Assembly (NCBI GenBank): GCA_905178155.1
Contig: CAJINV010000021.1
Coordinates: forward strand, 1 to 41,315
Length of the DNA stretch: 41,315 bases
Direction of reading: 5' to 3'
Origin: Amoebophrya sp. A120
Taxonomy: Eukaryota > Protista > Dinoflagellata
In this document: positions 10,099 through 22,409 of the stretch, piece after piece
How the letters are laid out: each line of letters starts with the position of its first letter
How positions within the stretch are numbered: position 1 is the stretch's first letter
Position numbers and translations under genes: made by a program
The notes under the pieces: model-generated
Seen by the model: only the letters and a program-made list of their open reading frames with translations
Told to the model about the DNA's origin: nothing
Databases searched by the model: none

Positions 10099-13000
10099 AT
10101 GGTTGCCGCCACCTCCTTGGCTCGGCGCCAGCAGTCGCGAGGCCAAAAAGAGCCGCGCGTGCGCAGCAGCAGTCTCCGACGGATGTTCGGCTTTTCCTCC
10201 TCGGGCTCAAAGGCCAAAACCGCGAAAGCCACGGAAAGCAACAACGCTGACCCGAACGTCCAGAGAACGCCGACGACTCGCGGCGGGAACTACAAAAGCG
10301 CCGCACCCCTCGCAACCACGCCAAACCAGTCTCCTCTCCCGCCGACTGGAGAGAAGTTGTCTCGAAGTGCAGTCCAGAAGAAGAGCTACGGGAGCAGTGT
10401 TTCTTCTGGCGGACAACTACACCAGCACGCCGAACAGAGTCAGCAGCAGCATCAAATAAACTTCGCTTTTAATGCGACTGGGGCAATGTTCACGCCGGAC
10501 AAGATCAAGACTTTTTCTACTACCCAAGCCGACCAAAGCTCTCAATTCGCTGACAAAGATAACTCCGGCCGCAACCGGCCACGCGTGCGAACAGGGACTC
10601 GCGAGGTCGTGAAGAAAAGTAGTCTCGTCTACGGCGGACCGTCGAAAATGACGAACGAACAACAAATTTCAACACGGCAAACGGCAACTCGACCTGCGCC
10701 CTTAGCTCAAGCAACCACCACCTACAATCCTGCAGCGCGCGTTCCGACTTTTGTCGGTGTCCCCATGGTCGTCCCGATGCCGCGCTTGTCGCCGGACAGA
10801 AAAGAGGAGCAGATACAGAACACCCCCTTTCCCTCCTTTCTCGACTTGGAGAAGCAGCGGGGCGCCTCTCCGCCGGCCGCGCTGTCGCCGCTGCTTTCAC
10901 CGCTGGTCGTGCCGAAGTTGAACGCCAAGCCTGTGGTGTGGTTCGGTTCGCCGTCGCCGAAACAGGAAGTGCGGAGTGGCTGTGGTTCTACTTCCGGAGC
11001 GCCGTCGCCCGGAGCGGTGGGTGATCAGAGGGGACACGACGTCGACGTTGGTCCGACGCATCGTGGTTCGCCGCCGGCGGAAACAAATAAACAAGCTACA
11101 CGAGGAGGACCGGTTGCATCAGCAGGACCAGATCTACGTGAAGACATAGTAGACGTAGACGAGGATGAAATCGCAACGCAAGTCGTTCGCGAGGAAGTTG
11201 ACGAGCGATGTCAAGATCAAAAAATACAGCTGCACGATCAACAACGAATTTCTACGCCAGTTGAACATCAAAATGAATTCCTCCTCGACCACCCCGAAGA
11301 CCAAAACGAGCACCCCCGGGTCGAGAGTCCGACTCCCTCGACGCTGGTTTCCGCGAACTTCGCCACGGCAGATGAAGGAGAAATACAAGCGGAACAGGAG
11401 CTAATATTGAGCAGAAAAACTACAAACGCAGCTGGCTGTGCCTTCACGCCTCCACCAGTGGATGAAAATAAAACCGCAGTTGTAGAGAGACCACTCCGCC
11501 CGGTGAATTTGCTGCAGCAAGACGTTTTGCAAATCTCCACCGCGAGCATGGATTTGCTGGCTTCGTCGCGTGGTCGGAAATTCGCCATGGAGCAACAGGA
11601 ACAACAAGAGCAGAAGCAGCAGCGGGTGAAGAAGATGATGGTGGCTACAACTCCGGGTAAGTAGCTGCTTTTTGACAGATGTAAATGTTCAGAAAACTGT
11701 GAAGAACTACGTCATGACATGTTAGAGGTACTTCATATGCGCGGGGCAAATTCATTGCTTCAACTTCATTCCAAAAAATTATGACCCTCAGTCCGTTCCC
11801 CTTCCTCCCCCTGGCGGATGCCGAAGTTGAATCTGACGCCGCGAAGTGCTGTAGCTCCGAAAACACCAATCCCGGCCAAGGTCCTCCCGGACGCGCGGCG
11901 CTTCTCGATCAACTTGCCCTCGCCGCGGACGCACAATCTCTGCGGGAGCTTCACCCCAAGGGGAAGAAAAAAAACGGATAGCAACAGTCAGAATGGTCTT
12001 CAGCCGGAGTTTGTCGCGCGGACGGGTGGATTCTTGGGTACTACACGGTTTCGTTTACTTAGTGAAACTTAAGCTGATGAACGCTGCATGTGCAGTGCAG
12101 CTGCGTGCCACAAGTCTTGTTCACATGAAACAAAATTCGCTTCCAAATACTTAATTGAACAACAGACTCGCCAAACATTTCTGGTCTTAGTATCGGATCC
12201 ACGCCACTTCTGAAACTCGGAAGACCGCCGGCGTTGCCTGCAGCTGCTGCCGTTATCGTGGAAGAGTCGAAGGTGAGATTGAGATGTAAGTGGTTTTTTC
12301 GGAGATTCGTCCTTCGTAGAGGTGTTCTCAAATATCAACAAATGCTGTTTCTTTTCGCTTCTGTGAATTGCGGCTCTATTCAACATCAAAATTTCCGGAA
12401 ACGCTATTTATTTTTCATGCCCAGGTAATTCCTGATTCCGCGAATTTGCCTTGTTTCACCGCCGTTGCGCCAAAGACTCCTGTGGAAATGGTAGAGCCAG
12501 CGGAAGTAGTTGAAGTTCTTGCTCTACGACCTCTGAACAGTCAGGAACAAAACGTGCTGTCTGAACAAGGAGAAGGACCACCTTTGCGCCAAAATTGTAA
12601 TAAAATTGATCCCCCAGCATCCCCCGGCAGTTCCTCTCGTTCCATCCAAACCGCAGCGGGCCAGCAAGAGGAGGCAGGGGATAAGAATTTTGTCGCTGTT
12701 GCTGGGGAAGATCAAGATCAACTACAGGTGCCTTCACACCAGGCAGCAAATGGTATAGCTGCAGTGGACCTAGAACCTTCAGTTGTCGCAGCGTGCGAAA
12801 ATAGCGCAACCTCTGGTCTCCCAGCGGAAGTGTCGGAAGCAGTAGAGGAAACCCCAACTGCTGTAAACATCGTCGAGATCAAATCGCCGGACGAACCGCA
12901 CCAAGCAGTGAACTCAACCCCGCGATCCGAAAGTAATTCCTCGCCCCAAGAAGACGAACAACCCGAGGAGGACGACGATGATGGCCCAGCTGCGAAGTTC

Positions 13001-16000
13001 GCGTATATCAACCGTAAAAATGTCTGGGTCTGGAAGAATGCAAGATTTGTCATGCATATTTGTCATGACCCACGATGCCTGTAATGCATGCCCCAGCATC
13101 ACAGGTTTTTTATAGGATTTTTGATGCCCATTCCGCATGACAAATGCCTTCTCCGCGTAGCAAAAATTAGACTCTGTTTGCTGCTCATGCAACACAAATT
13201 TTTTAGACATCGAAACACAGCATCACAAGTTGCATTCTTCCAGACCCAGACATTTTTGCACTTAATATTTTTGAAACGCCCGGCTCTGGATCGCCGAGCG
13301 CCTCGTCGCTGTGGATCGGGGCTGTTTCCCCGAACGTCAGAAAATCCCCAATCCCAAGACCCTATCAAATGCAAAAATGTCTGGGTCTGGAAGACTGCCA
13401 GGTTTGTCATGCAGATCCTGTATGATCCATGACGCCGTTCATGCATGGTCTAGCATCACAGATTTTTAGAGGGCTTCCTAATGCGTACCCCGCATGAGAA
13501 ATGCCCTCTCCGCTTAGGACAAACCCGACCCCTCTTGCTGGTCATGCAATGCAAATTTTTTTAGAATCCAAACACAGCATGACAAGTTCCAGCCTTCCAG
13601 ACCCAGACATTTTTGCATTTGATAGACCCCCTCCATCAGCCACTTTGCTTTGCACCTGATCCGTCGACACGACCGCCGCCGCCGCGGAGCTGCCCCACGT
13701 CGCCTCGATGATTTTCAATTTGCCCCCGACCTCCGCGTTCGCGACCCACACGCGATTATCGCAAGAAAAAACTGTTTCACTGTAAACTTGTTACGCATAA
13801 AATGGAACACAGAAGCATTTGACTTGCTACACATGCAAGAAAGTGGATTTTTAGCTGTGTTTTCCCTTAGGAAGCTTGCATGGCAAATTTTCTCTGTCAT
13901 GCGGAACAAACTTGTGATGCAAAAGTTGCAAAATCCTTACAGTGAAAGACTTTTTTCCTGTGATAGCGGTCGCAGGAGTTGTAATACGACAACACAAACT
14001 CCTCGCTCTCGTCCTCCTCCTCGTTCGCTATGCAAGAAAAAAACTGTGTAAGTGTAGCTTTGTCTTGCAGATGTTGCAATACAGTTACACTTGTCATGCC
14101 GGATATGCATCAGAGGCTATTTTAGTACGTGTTTTAGCATACTAGCTACGCATGACAAGTTTTCTGTCATGAAAAACAAATCTGTGATGCTGTTCCTGCA
14201 AAAAAGTTACACTTACACAGTTTTTTTCTTCGATATTCGCCCCCGCTGCGTCAGTAGTTGCCGTGTTCTTCTCGACGTCCGCGGACTCCAGCTCGTCCAG
14301 CTGTTGAATGTGCGTGAAGTCGGGCGGCATCATGTGCGCCTTGCGGTGTTCGATGTACTTCGCGACCGCGCTAGCGTCCGCACGCGCCCACGCTTCGTCG
14401 CACCGCATCTTGCTCCGGGACGTGGACTGGCTCCAGCAAACGGTATCGCTCTTCCCGAGGAGGAAGAAGTAAATGCCCCGCTTCAACAACGTCCGCTTCA
14501 TGCTCGGGTGCAGCGCCCCGGCCAACTCGTCACAGTCCTTCTTCATCGCAGCCACCATTTCGATGTGAAACTGCACGTCGTCCTCCTCCCGCCACTCCTT
14601 GCAGTAGGCGAACCCGCCCGGCCAGAAGTGCAGGCCGTCCGAATATGGATTGCAAAAGTGTCTGGGTCTGGGAGAGTCATGCTGTTTTTGCATGACACAG
14701 AAGGTCTGGCATGGAAGCTCTGGCATCACAGGTCGCGAGAAGCTTCCGCAATGCCGAATCCGCATGACAAATCCCCCACTTTGGTGACAGAAAGTGGGCA
14801 GCTTTTGCTACCTCTGCTTGAGAGATTTTTCTGTGATCTGAAATGCGCAACACAAGTTTGCATTCTTCCAGACCCAGACATTTTTACATTTGATAGCGTA
14901 CACGCCGGAGCGGTATCTTGACGTCCGCACGCCTTCGCCGCCGTCGACTGCTGNAGACTCTGTTTGCTGCTCATGCAACACAAATTTTTTAGACATCGAA
15001 ACACAGCATCACAAGTTGCATTCTTCCAGACCCAGACATTTTTACATTTGATAGCGTACACGCCGGAGCGGTATCTTGACGTCCGCACGCCTTCGCCGCC
15101 GTCGACTGCTGGAAAGGGCGGGGCGGAGCCGGGTCAGAGTAATAAAGACGAAAGAGTTACTACGCAGGAACTTCCTGTTTCCGCCGCGACACCAGGACCA
15201 GTAGGCACCAATCGCGTACTGGAAATGTTGACTGCAGACGAGCAGGATGAAAAGAATGATGCGGGAGCACAACCATCTTCATCCTTGAAATCGGAGTGTG
15301 TAGAGCGGGAAGTAGACTACAAAGAGGACCAACAGGATCATCTTCACGTGACCGCGTGGGCGACAAAGCTCGTGGATTTTGTCATGACGGTGGCAGCGCG
15401 GAAGGCTGCCGTCGACCACGACCAGGGGGCCACGGACCCAATGCCCGCAGCCAAAACCTCCAGGACCGTCGGCCGAGTCGCGCGGGCATTCGGAAGTGCA
15501 ACTTCTACGGCAGAGGAGGCACTACCAGACACCGTCGCAGGCGATGAAACTTCGACACAAGGCGCCAGCAAAGACAACGCTGAAGCGGAAAAAAGAGAAA
15601 CAAACACCGCGAAAACGCCGCCGACTACACAGCAAATAGTCGAGTCACCACGACCAGGTTCGCGTGCTGACCGCAGCAGTACGGAAAATACGGAAAGAAC
15701 TGAAGCAGCCACTTCTACTACCGCGGTTGTTCCACCCAGCGCCGCGAAGAAGGCTTTGGTCATCCTCGGCGGTGAGAGTCGGTCCGCCGAGGAAGAGGCG
15801 ACGACCGAGTACATTCGCGCTGCCGCGTCTCCGTCCGATATCGTGACCACGCCCATTGCGGATTTGGACCAGCTGTTGCTCGTGACCTGCAACTCGGCCG
15901 GCGTGTATAACAGCGGTTCTTGCGCTATGTCAGAAGCTGGATCCATTTCGTCCCCAGCTTGCAACCTGTTCGCAACCTCCCTCTCCTGCGCCCCGGACCA

Positions 16001-17910
16001 AATGCAGCTGCAAGAGTCCTTTTACTCCGTCTGCACGGCCGGTGTGCCAGCGGCGAGTTGTGTGGCGGCAGGCGGTAAGAACGAGGGTGACAATCAGCAA
16101 AAGGAAGCATCATCGCCCATAGAGGGTGAGGATGGGCAGCTGTTTCAATCTCCCGGTGGAACGACCATGAGGGAAGTTATCTGCAGTTCGCCGGTCCAGA
16201 AATTTGAACCAACGGAGATAGCGGAACAAGGAAGCGAGGTTGGGACGACGACCGCGCTTCGTCCGGGAGATACGGCTGCGGCGGGAATAAATGCGTCGAC
16301 ACAGGCTGCTCCGGTGTCTTCTGCTTCGGAAGTTTTTGCAGAGGGAGCGAAGGTCAGTGAAGTAGTATCTATGTTGATCTTCATCGTCATCTGCAACTCT
16401 TTCTCTCGTCGTCCGATTTCTGTTCTCCTTCAAGACCGACCCGAATTTGACATCGGTAAAATAAGAAATTATTGCTGTCCTCACATTATCGTTCTCCCAT
16501 TAAGCAAAACAAAAACTTCAGGTCATCACTAGTACCAGCAGCAATGTACCAGTCAACGAAGACCACGATGAAGACGCGAACAACTTCGCCGCCGAAGTAG
16601 AGGAGCCAGACGCGTACGCGAGTTCGCCTGAGGTGGCGACCATTTGTGGCGATTTGATCGACAGTCTACGGGACCGGGCCCTCCTGCTGCAGCCGACTTC
16701 GCCGCCGTTGGAGCGACAGGAAGTAGTAGAGAAACAGCAGGACAATTTGTCTTCAAGGGTTGATGTTCCTGTACGAGACGATAATGATCCTGAACAAGCG
16801 CCAAGTGGCCGTTTTCCAGTGTGGTCTTCTTCAAAGCAATGTCGTAGTCGACCGCCATCTCTCTCACCCGACGGTGCGTCTTCAACAACCTCCAGTATGT
16901 ACAATAACTCCGGAACAACTGCGGCGGAGAGAAAAAAGATCCTCCCCGCGATGCCGAAGCTTGGGTGGCAGCTGCCGCCGCTGGCGCCAACGAAGACGCC
17001 AACTAGGAATAGTGGGAACAGCAACGCGAAAAGCGGCAGCACACTTTCCGACCGCCGTCCACCCGTACTCTCGGGAACTGGTAGTAGCAGCAGGGAAAAG
17101 AGTCGGCAACGTGATCCGATTCTCGCAGAGGAATATTCACCCGGTGGTCGTCACGGCCCCGGAACGACAGCACGCGGGACGTCGATGAGCAGTTACATCT
17201 TGCAAAGCCCGCGGGGAATTCTGCGAAGCCCCAGCATTTCCGGCTTCCAAGCAAGCCCGCTGCTGAAGCTCTTCCCAACAAGTAGACTGGGGATAGAACG
17301 AGATTCGGAAGTGGAGGTACTAGCGAAAGATGATAAATCATGCGGTGAACAACAAACACCGTCCAGCAGCGTCGCCAGCGCCACAACACCCACCAGGACA
17401 GGGAAAAGTAAAATGAACTCGAAAGAATCGCAAGGACACTACAACGATAAAAAAAGCACCGTTTTTGTGGCGGAACAGGAAAGCGGTGCTTCTTCAAACA
17501 AAAAAGACGACCCGCAGATGAGAAACATTGTTCAAAACCGTAACGAAAGACAACGACCGCCAAGATTGCAGCTGAACCTCCATGCCCCGGCGCTTGTCTC
17601 CTCTCCCGGATCCTGCACAGTGTCCTCCATTTCCGCGTTGTCGAACCGTAGTAGCGACTTGCGGAACATTCGACCAGACGACATCTTGCCTGAAAAGAGA
17701 AAAAATGGGAATTCCTTTTTCATCCCTGCCTCGCCGAGGTGCGACATGATTTCCAACAACAGCGAGAGGCCTCCAAAGCTGAAACTGTCCGGCCTGCCAC
17801 CTCCGTCGCCGGTGGTCACAAGTGCGAGCAGTCTCTGCATGACGCCCCGGTCTCTGAGCTCCATCGGGGCGAAGCTGGAACTGGCGCGGCAGCGGTCAAC
17901 TTGTTCCTAG
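10099..17910 (+). CDS. Gene 3, about 1720 aa low-complexity S/P/T/E-rich, probably disordered protein. Exons 10099-11656, 11792-12025, 12166-12272, 12425-13005, 15059-16352, 16522-17910
   Basis: Four phase-compatible GT-AG introns (11657-11791, 12026-12165, 12273-12424, 16353-16521) plus one TIR intron (KFAY|TPERY). The joined length is 5163 nt in one open frame. Confidence 0.75.
13006..15053. mobile_element. TIR intron element E8 (family A; 262 bp once the internal duplication and N overlap are collapsed)
   Basis: gcgta|tatcaaccgtaaaaatgtctgggtctggaag ... cttccagacccagacatttttacatttgata|gcgta; perfect 5-bp direct repeat. The right end appears twice (14895 and 15053). Confidence 0.85.
13237..14881 (-). 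repeat. Near-identical inverted copy of 2541-4185 (gene 1 exons 4-7 with their elements)
   Basis: Paired coordinates sum to 17422 throughout and the ORF translations mirror each other. I noticed one substitution (SVMENK vs SVMKNK). Both junctions fall inside the shared cttccagacccagacat TIR. Confidence 0.95.
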
Positions 17911-18813
17911 GCGGGAATGTTCTCGATGAGGGGAGGAAACGCAGTTGCTGGCGCGTAGGAGCGACGCTCATTTTTCGTGTCGGTAGTACTCTCAAGAAAA
18001 GTAATATCACCTGACTTTTTTGTAAAAAATCAATCTGGTCAACCGGTCAAATAGCAGTGGAAATAGAACCAAGCATTGGTATCGCAAAGTAGAATTCGGA
18101 CGGTCATCTGTCACTGAAAAATCAATCTTTTTCGCCCACTAAATATCGTTTGGCTGGAGCTTCTATGGATGTCATATACCTGGTTTCATCAGATTTTCCT
18201 ATGTAGAAAGCAATTGTACTAAATTAGGACTGGTAAGTAGTTTTTCAGCAGCAATTACTAATGTCTTCAGAAATTTGGTCACAACATTGCAACAGCATTG
18301 AACGACTTTGTTGTGTTGTAAAATGAATCTTCTGCTTCTGCTTGCATGAATGTCCTTGTTAGACCGCTCAGCACATCAGGCTGATAACCATGTTTCCACT
18401 AAACACTAACACTGCTTTTTTGGCGCATCGCTCGTCTTGTGAAATTCCAGATCTCGTACTCGTCAAATAATGACCGGAGCAGCATAATGTGCTCTTCGAG
18501 CCAGGATTTTACAACGACCTCACGTACTTTTTCGCGCAACTTGTTCCACCAGCGGCCAAACCCGCGTTCACCTCTGCAAACAAGAACAGCTGATGAGAGG
18601 AAGGCGCTGTCGTCGTACCATTACCACGACTCTTCTACTTCGTCTTGAAGGAAGTCCACTGGAATTACAACGAGTGAACATGATAATTGTCAGTCCGCTA
18701 TTGATTCATTGTATGATAATTGATTGTTGTGGTCGTCCCAATCGGTGCTCAAGCTGATAGATTGTCAACGATAGTGATTGTGAAAGTGAAGAACATCCAC
18801 CAGAGTGGCCAAG

Positions 18814-19843
18814 ATGAAGCTGGAGCGCGTCGTCACTTTGCTAAGTTGGACCGGGCTCCTGGCGGCCGATGCTGTGCACGTGCGTGTGGGAATCGCTACC
18901 GGAATCGCGGAGTCTTCCCAGGACGTCGGAACAAATGCTCGTGGCAAGAACATGCTGCTTTCCGCTCGTTTGCAGACGCGCGCGGACTTGAAAGAGATCA
19001 CGCAGCAGGAGGCCACCCTGCAGAAGCACATCTCGCGGGTCTACTCCCTCTTCGAGTTTACGAAGGAGTTGCTGCTGAACGAAGAGATGGGAGGACGCTC
19101 TCCCAACAACAAAAATACAGCGGCCCGAGTAGACATCACCGCATCTATGCCCGCTGACGTCAAGGCCGCTTACGAGCAGTTGCAGAAAAACGACAAGGCT
19201 GCGTTGGGCAGAAAAGGCATGGTGGGCAACCTGATGATGTCTAAAGCGATGGGGCCGGCAATCATGGTGCCGCTGCTCCAAGAAATGTACGAAAAGTTCA
19301 AAGGCGACATCAAGCGCGCCAATGCGCAGGAAAAGCGAGCCGCGGACAGGGTGTCGAAGCAAGAAAAGGAGTACGTTGCCTTCCAAAACGAGGGGAAATC
19401 CTACCTGCTGGAGCAAAAAAAGATATCCAAGAAAAAAACGTTGTTAGTGTAAATTTGTGATGCGCAACATGCAAGATGATTGCGTCTGTCATGCTTGGCA
19501 TGCATTGTAGGGTCTATCACAGGGCGTTTTCACGTACCATCTGCGCATGACAGGTTTTTGCTGTCATGCCAGACAGATTTGTAATGCTGTTCCTCCAATA
19601 AAAAAGTTACACCTCCTACAATGTTTTTTTCTTGGATAAAAGAAAGTGATCGACTACTACAAGAAGCAACGCGAAATCCAGCACCACCACTACCACACGA
19701 TGCTGAAAATGGCCCATGCGATGATGCAGCGCATTACAAAGGTGAAACAAATGTGCGCGGATGCGGCTAACGGAAAAAAGCTGTCAGCAAAGCAACTCGA
19801 GGAGCTGCGGCTAGCCGCCCCAAGTACGAAGATTGTGCTGTGA
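18814..19843 (+). CDS. Gene 4, about 269 aa putative secreted helical/coiled-coil protein. Exons 18814-19423, 19644-19843
   Basis: Signal-peptide-like MKLERVVTLLSWTGLLAADA; K/E/Q-rich helical composition; frame restored by removing E9 + 5 nt (LEQKK|KVIDYYKKQR). Confidence 0.8.
19424..19638. mobile_element. TIR intron element E9 (215 bp, family B, inverted relative to E4)
   Basis: 21-bp TIR tatccaagaaaaaaac.ttgt; perfect aaaga direct repeat; its reverse complement aligns by eye to E4. Confidence 0.9.
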
Positions 19844-20732
19844 ATGAAAGCAGCCGAAGAAGGAGAATTCTGCAAGTTACTGAACTGCCGTTAGTCACTG
19901 AAAAATCAATGCGTTTGCAGTCGTGTTTCGAGTTTTTTTTTCCGAACATTCAAAAATAGAAAAGTTGAATGGCAATAGATTTACATTGACAGGAAGTGGA
20001 AGTCGTTAGCGTCTGCAGAAGCGACGATCTTCAACTGCTACCCAGGGATCACAACTGACTGTTCCTTTGTTCTTTCTACTACTCGCGATGCCACGACGTC
20101 CCTTAACTCTTCTCACTTCTTGTTCGTATGACAAATTTCCGTCCTACTTGTACTTCGTGTTCGTGTTGGTTGGCGTCCGCTGTGATTTCGAAGAGTCAAC
20201 ATGCTTCCAAAACGATTTTTTAGTGAGATCGAGATTCTGGCTGCATCATACATAGCGATAACCTCGTTCAGAGCAGGTTCTTGCTTGGCAGAACGCCGCA
20301 AAACCAAAGTCATCGTCTTCGTAGTCGTCAACATAAGTAAGTAGCTATGGTGTCAAGCATGCAGTTTTATCGTCCTTTTTCTGCTCGTTCTAATCGCCCA
20401 CTGCTTGAATCGTTCTTCTACCTTTTGTATCTTACAAGAACAATGTCATTATCCGGTCGTGCGCGTCTTTTTTAGTTTTGAGCCAGTTTGTGTTTGTGTC
20501 GCATCTCAATAAGTGAACTCTCCATCCTCCACTTGAAAATTTCGTTTTCGTCTTCGACCTCGTCCTGCTAATGTCGACCTTGAAATGCCTATTGTATTTT
20601 TGCACCAGGCCTTTGTTCTTGGCTGTAAAATCTCTCCCCCCACTTGCTAGTTGCTACTGTGTAATTTTAGAATCGTTAGAAATGCTTTGCTAGCAGAGTT
20701 AGAGTAAGAATCGCCTCCCCGGGTATTCCTTC

Positions 20733-22409
20733 ATGATGACGAAGCTGATTTTCCTACCCGTTCGCATGTTTAGAAGTAGTACTAGGGCAGCGCTAATATT
20801 GTTGTTTTGCAGCCAAACTGAAACTGCCCCCCGAGCCCGACTTTTTATCACTGAAGAGTCGTCGTTGTTGTACTATTTTCTATCGGAAATAAGAAGATCA
20901 TCAACCTCACGAACAAGTACAACATGGGGCGAACCAGTGGTCCAGGTCGTGTCGGCCAGAAGAACATCAACCTTGAAGCGGAGTAAGAGAAGTTCCCCGC
21001 CGCTGGTCCCACCACGGCGGGGGCCACGGCCCCGAGGTCTACTTCGTGCTGCGGGGATGAAGAGAGAGCAGCAGTCTAGTAGAAAATCTGCTTCTGGGCC
21101 TACTGCCACCGCATCATTTACATTTTCGAAGACACATCCCCGAACAGGAGTAGATGGCGTCGCAAGCATTTCATTCTTGGTCGAAGGTGCGACTAGAAGT
21201 ACAACTTCCGCCGGGAATACGACGAGGGATGTATCGGTCAAGACGGAAAGCGAATCGGACTCTCAGGCACGAGGGTCGCGTTTTTGGTCGGGGAAGGGAG
21301 GCGGGGGTCGGGGAAGCGAGGGCAGGGGTGCCGACCGCGGCGCCCAGACGGGGGGCAAAACGGCCCGCCAAGCATCAAAGGCTGCGGCGAAGGCTAACAT
21401 TACGGATTTGTCCGAGCGAAGGGCGGCGTTCCGGGCGTTGAGGCATTCGGGGGACCACGGAAAACAGCACTTGCAGGAGGAGAAGGATGAGGCTACTCGG
21501 TCCCTGCGAACCATAGTGATCTCTCTGGGAATCGGAATCGGGATGATTTGTCTGGTGGCTTTATTCTCCTTTTTTGTCGCAGGGGGTTGTCACCAGGATT
21601 CCGAGGAGGCGCAAGAAGTGGTCCCAGCTGCCGGGGGGAGCACGGCGTCCGCGTCATTTTCCAACCAATTCGTCGTTGCGCTAGGCGCAAGTTATGATGA
21701 CGAGGACCATTCTACAGCGACTCCGCGAAAGAAGAAGATGAAGCAGGGTCAATATGAAGCAGGGACGACATATGCATTGCAAATGTAACGTCATCAGGAT
21801 CTGGAGGACTGCAAGTGTAAATTTGTGAAGATTTGTGATGTTGCTCCCTCCTGTTGTACAGTACGTGGTGAAATAAATCTGTCTTTCTATATACATGAAG
21901 AATGGCAAAAGTTGTGCTGTTTTCGTGCAGGATGATAACTGCGGCAAGGACTACTTGCCAGAAGCCTGGAGCATTCCAGACCTTGCTGGGTATAGAAATT
22001 CTGCAGGACAGAAGTAAAAAACGCTTGCATTCTTCCAGACCCAGACGCACAAATATTTGCAGTGGATAAGGCAGACCCAAGCGCAACGGAGGACGAAAAA
22101 GATCTTCTTCAGACGGCACAGTTTGGAGGCAACATTATGAAGCCGGACGATGAAGTAGATCATGTAGCAAATAGAAACGATAACGACGTCAGCGGCGTAG
22201 AGGTAGAGGACATTGGGTTTCATGGAAATAAGATTGCCCCTCCTGTACCAGTGATTCCCGTGCCGCCGGAGATGAACAAGAAAGTGTCGAGGACATCCAG
22301 GAAGAGCAATGTGGCCGAGCGATCCTCTCAGAGGGTGAGCAGAAAGAGCAAAGGTCCATTTTTAGCAGAGCGAGTTAACGGCGGTAGAAGCACGAAAGGT
22401 TCACTCTAG
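20733..22409 (+). CDS. Gene 5, about 457 aa putative single-pass membrane protein. Exons 20733-21770, 22074-22409; start codon uncertain
   Basis: Hydrophobic N-terminus; TM segment IVISLGIGIGMICLVALFSFFVAGG; frame continues after removing E10 + 5 nt (AGTT|DPSATED). Confidence 0.65.
21771..22068. mobile_element. TIR intron element E10 (298 bp, old family A-related)
   Basis: tatgcattgcaaatgt ... atatttgcagtggata, with a subterminal ttccagacccagac; flanks cgaca/aggca; removing 303 nt keeps the frame. Confidence 0.75.

Noticed and set aside
14142-14765. Independent minus-strand gene
   Set aside because: Part of the inverted duplicate of gene 1, lacking its start and the HEXXH exon, and probably an assembly artefact.
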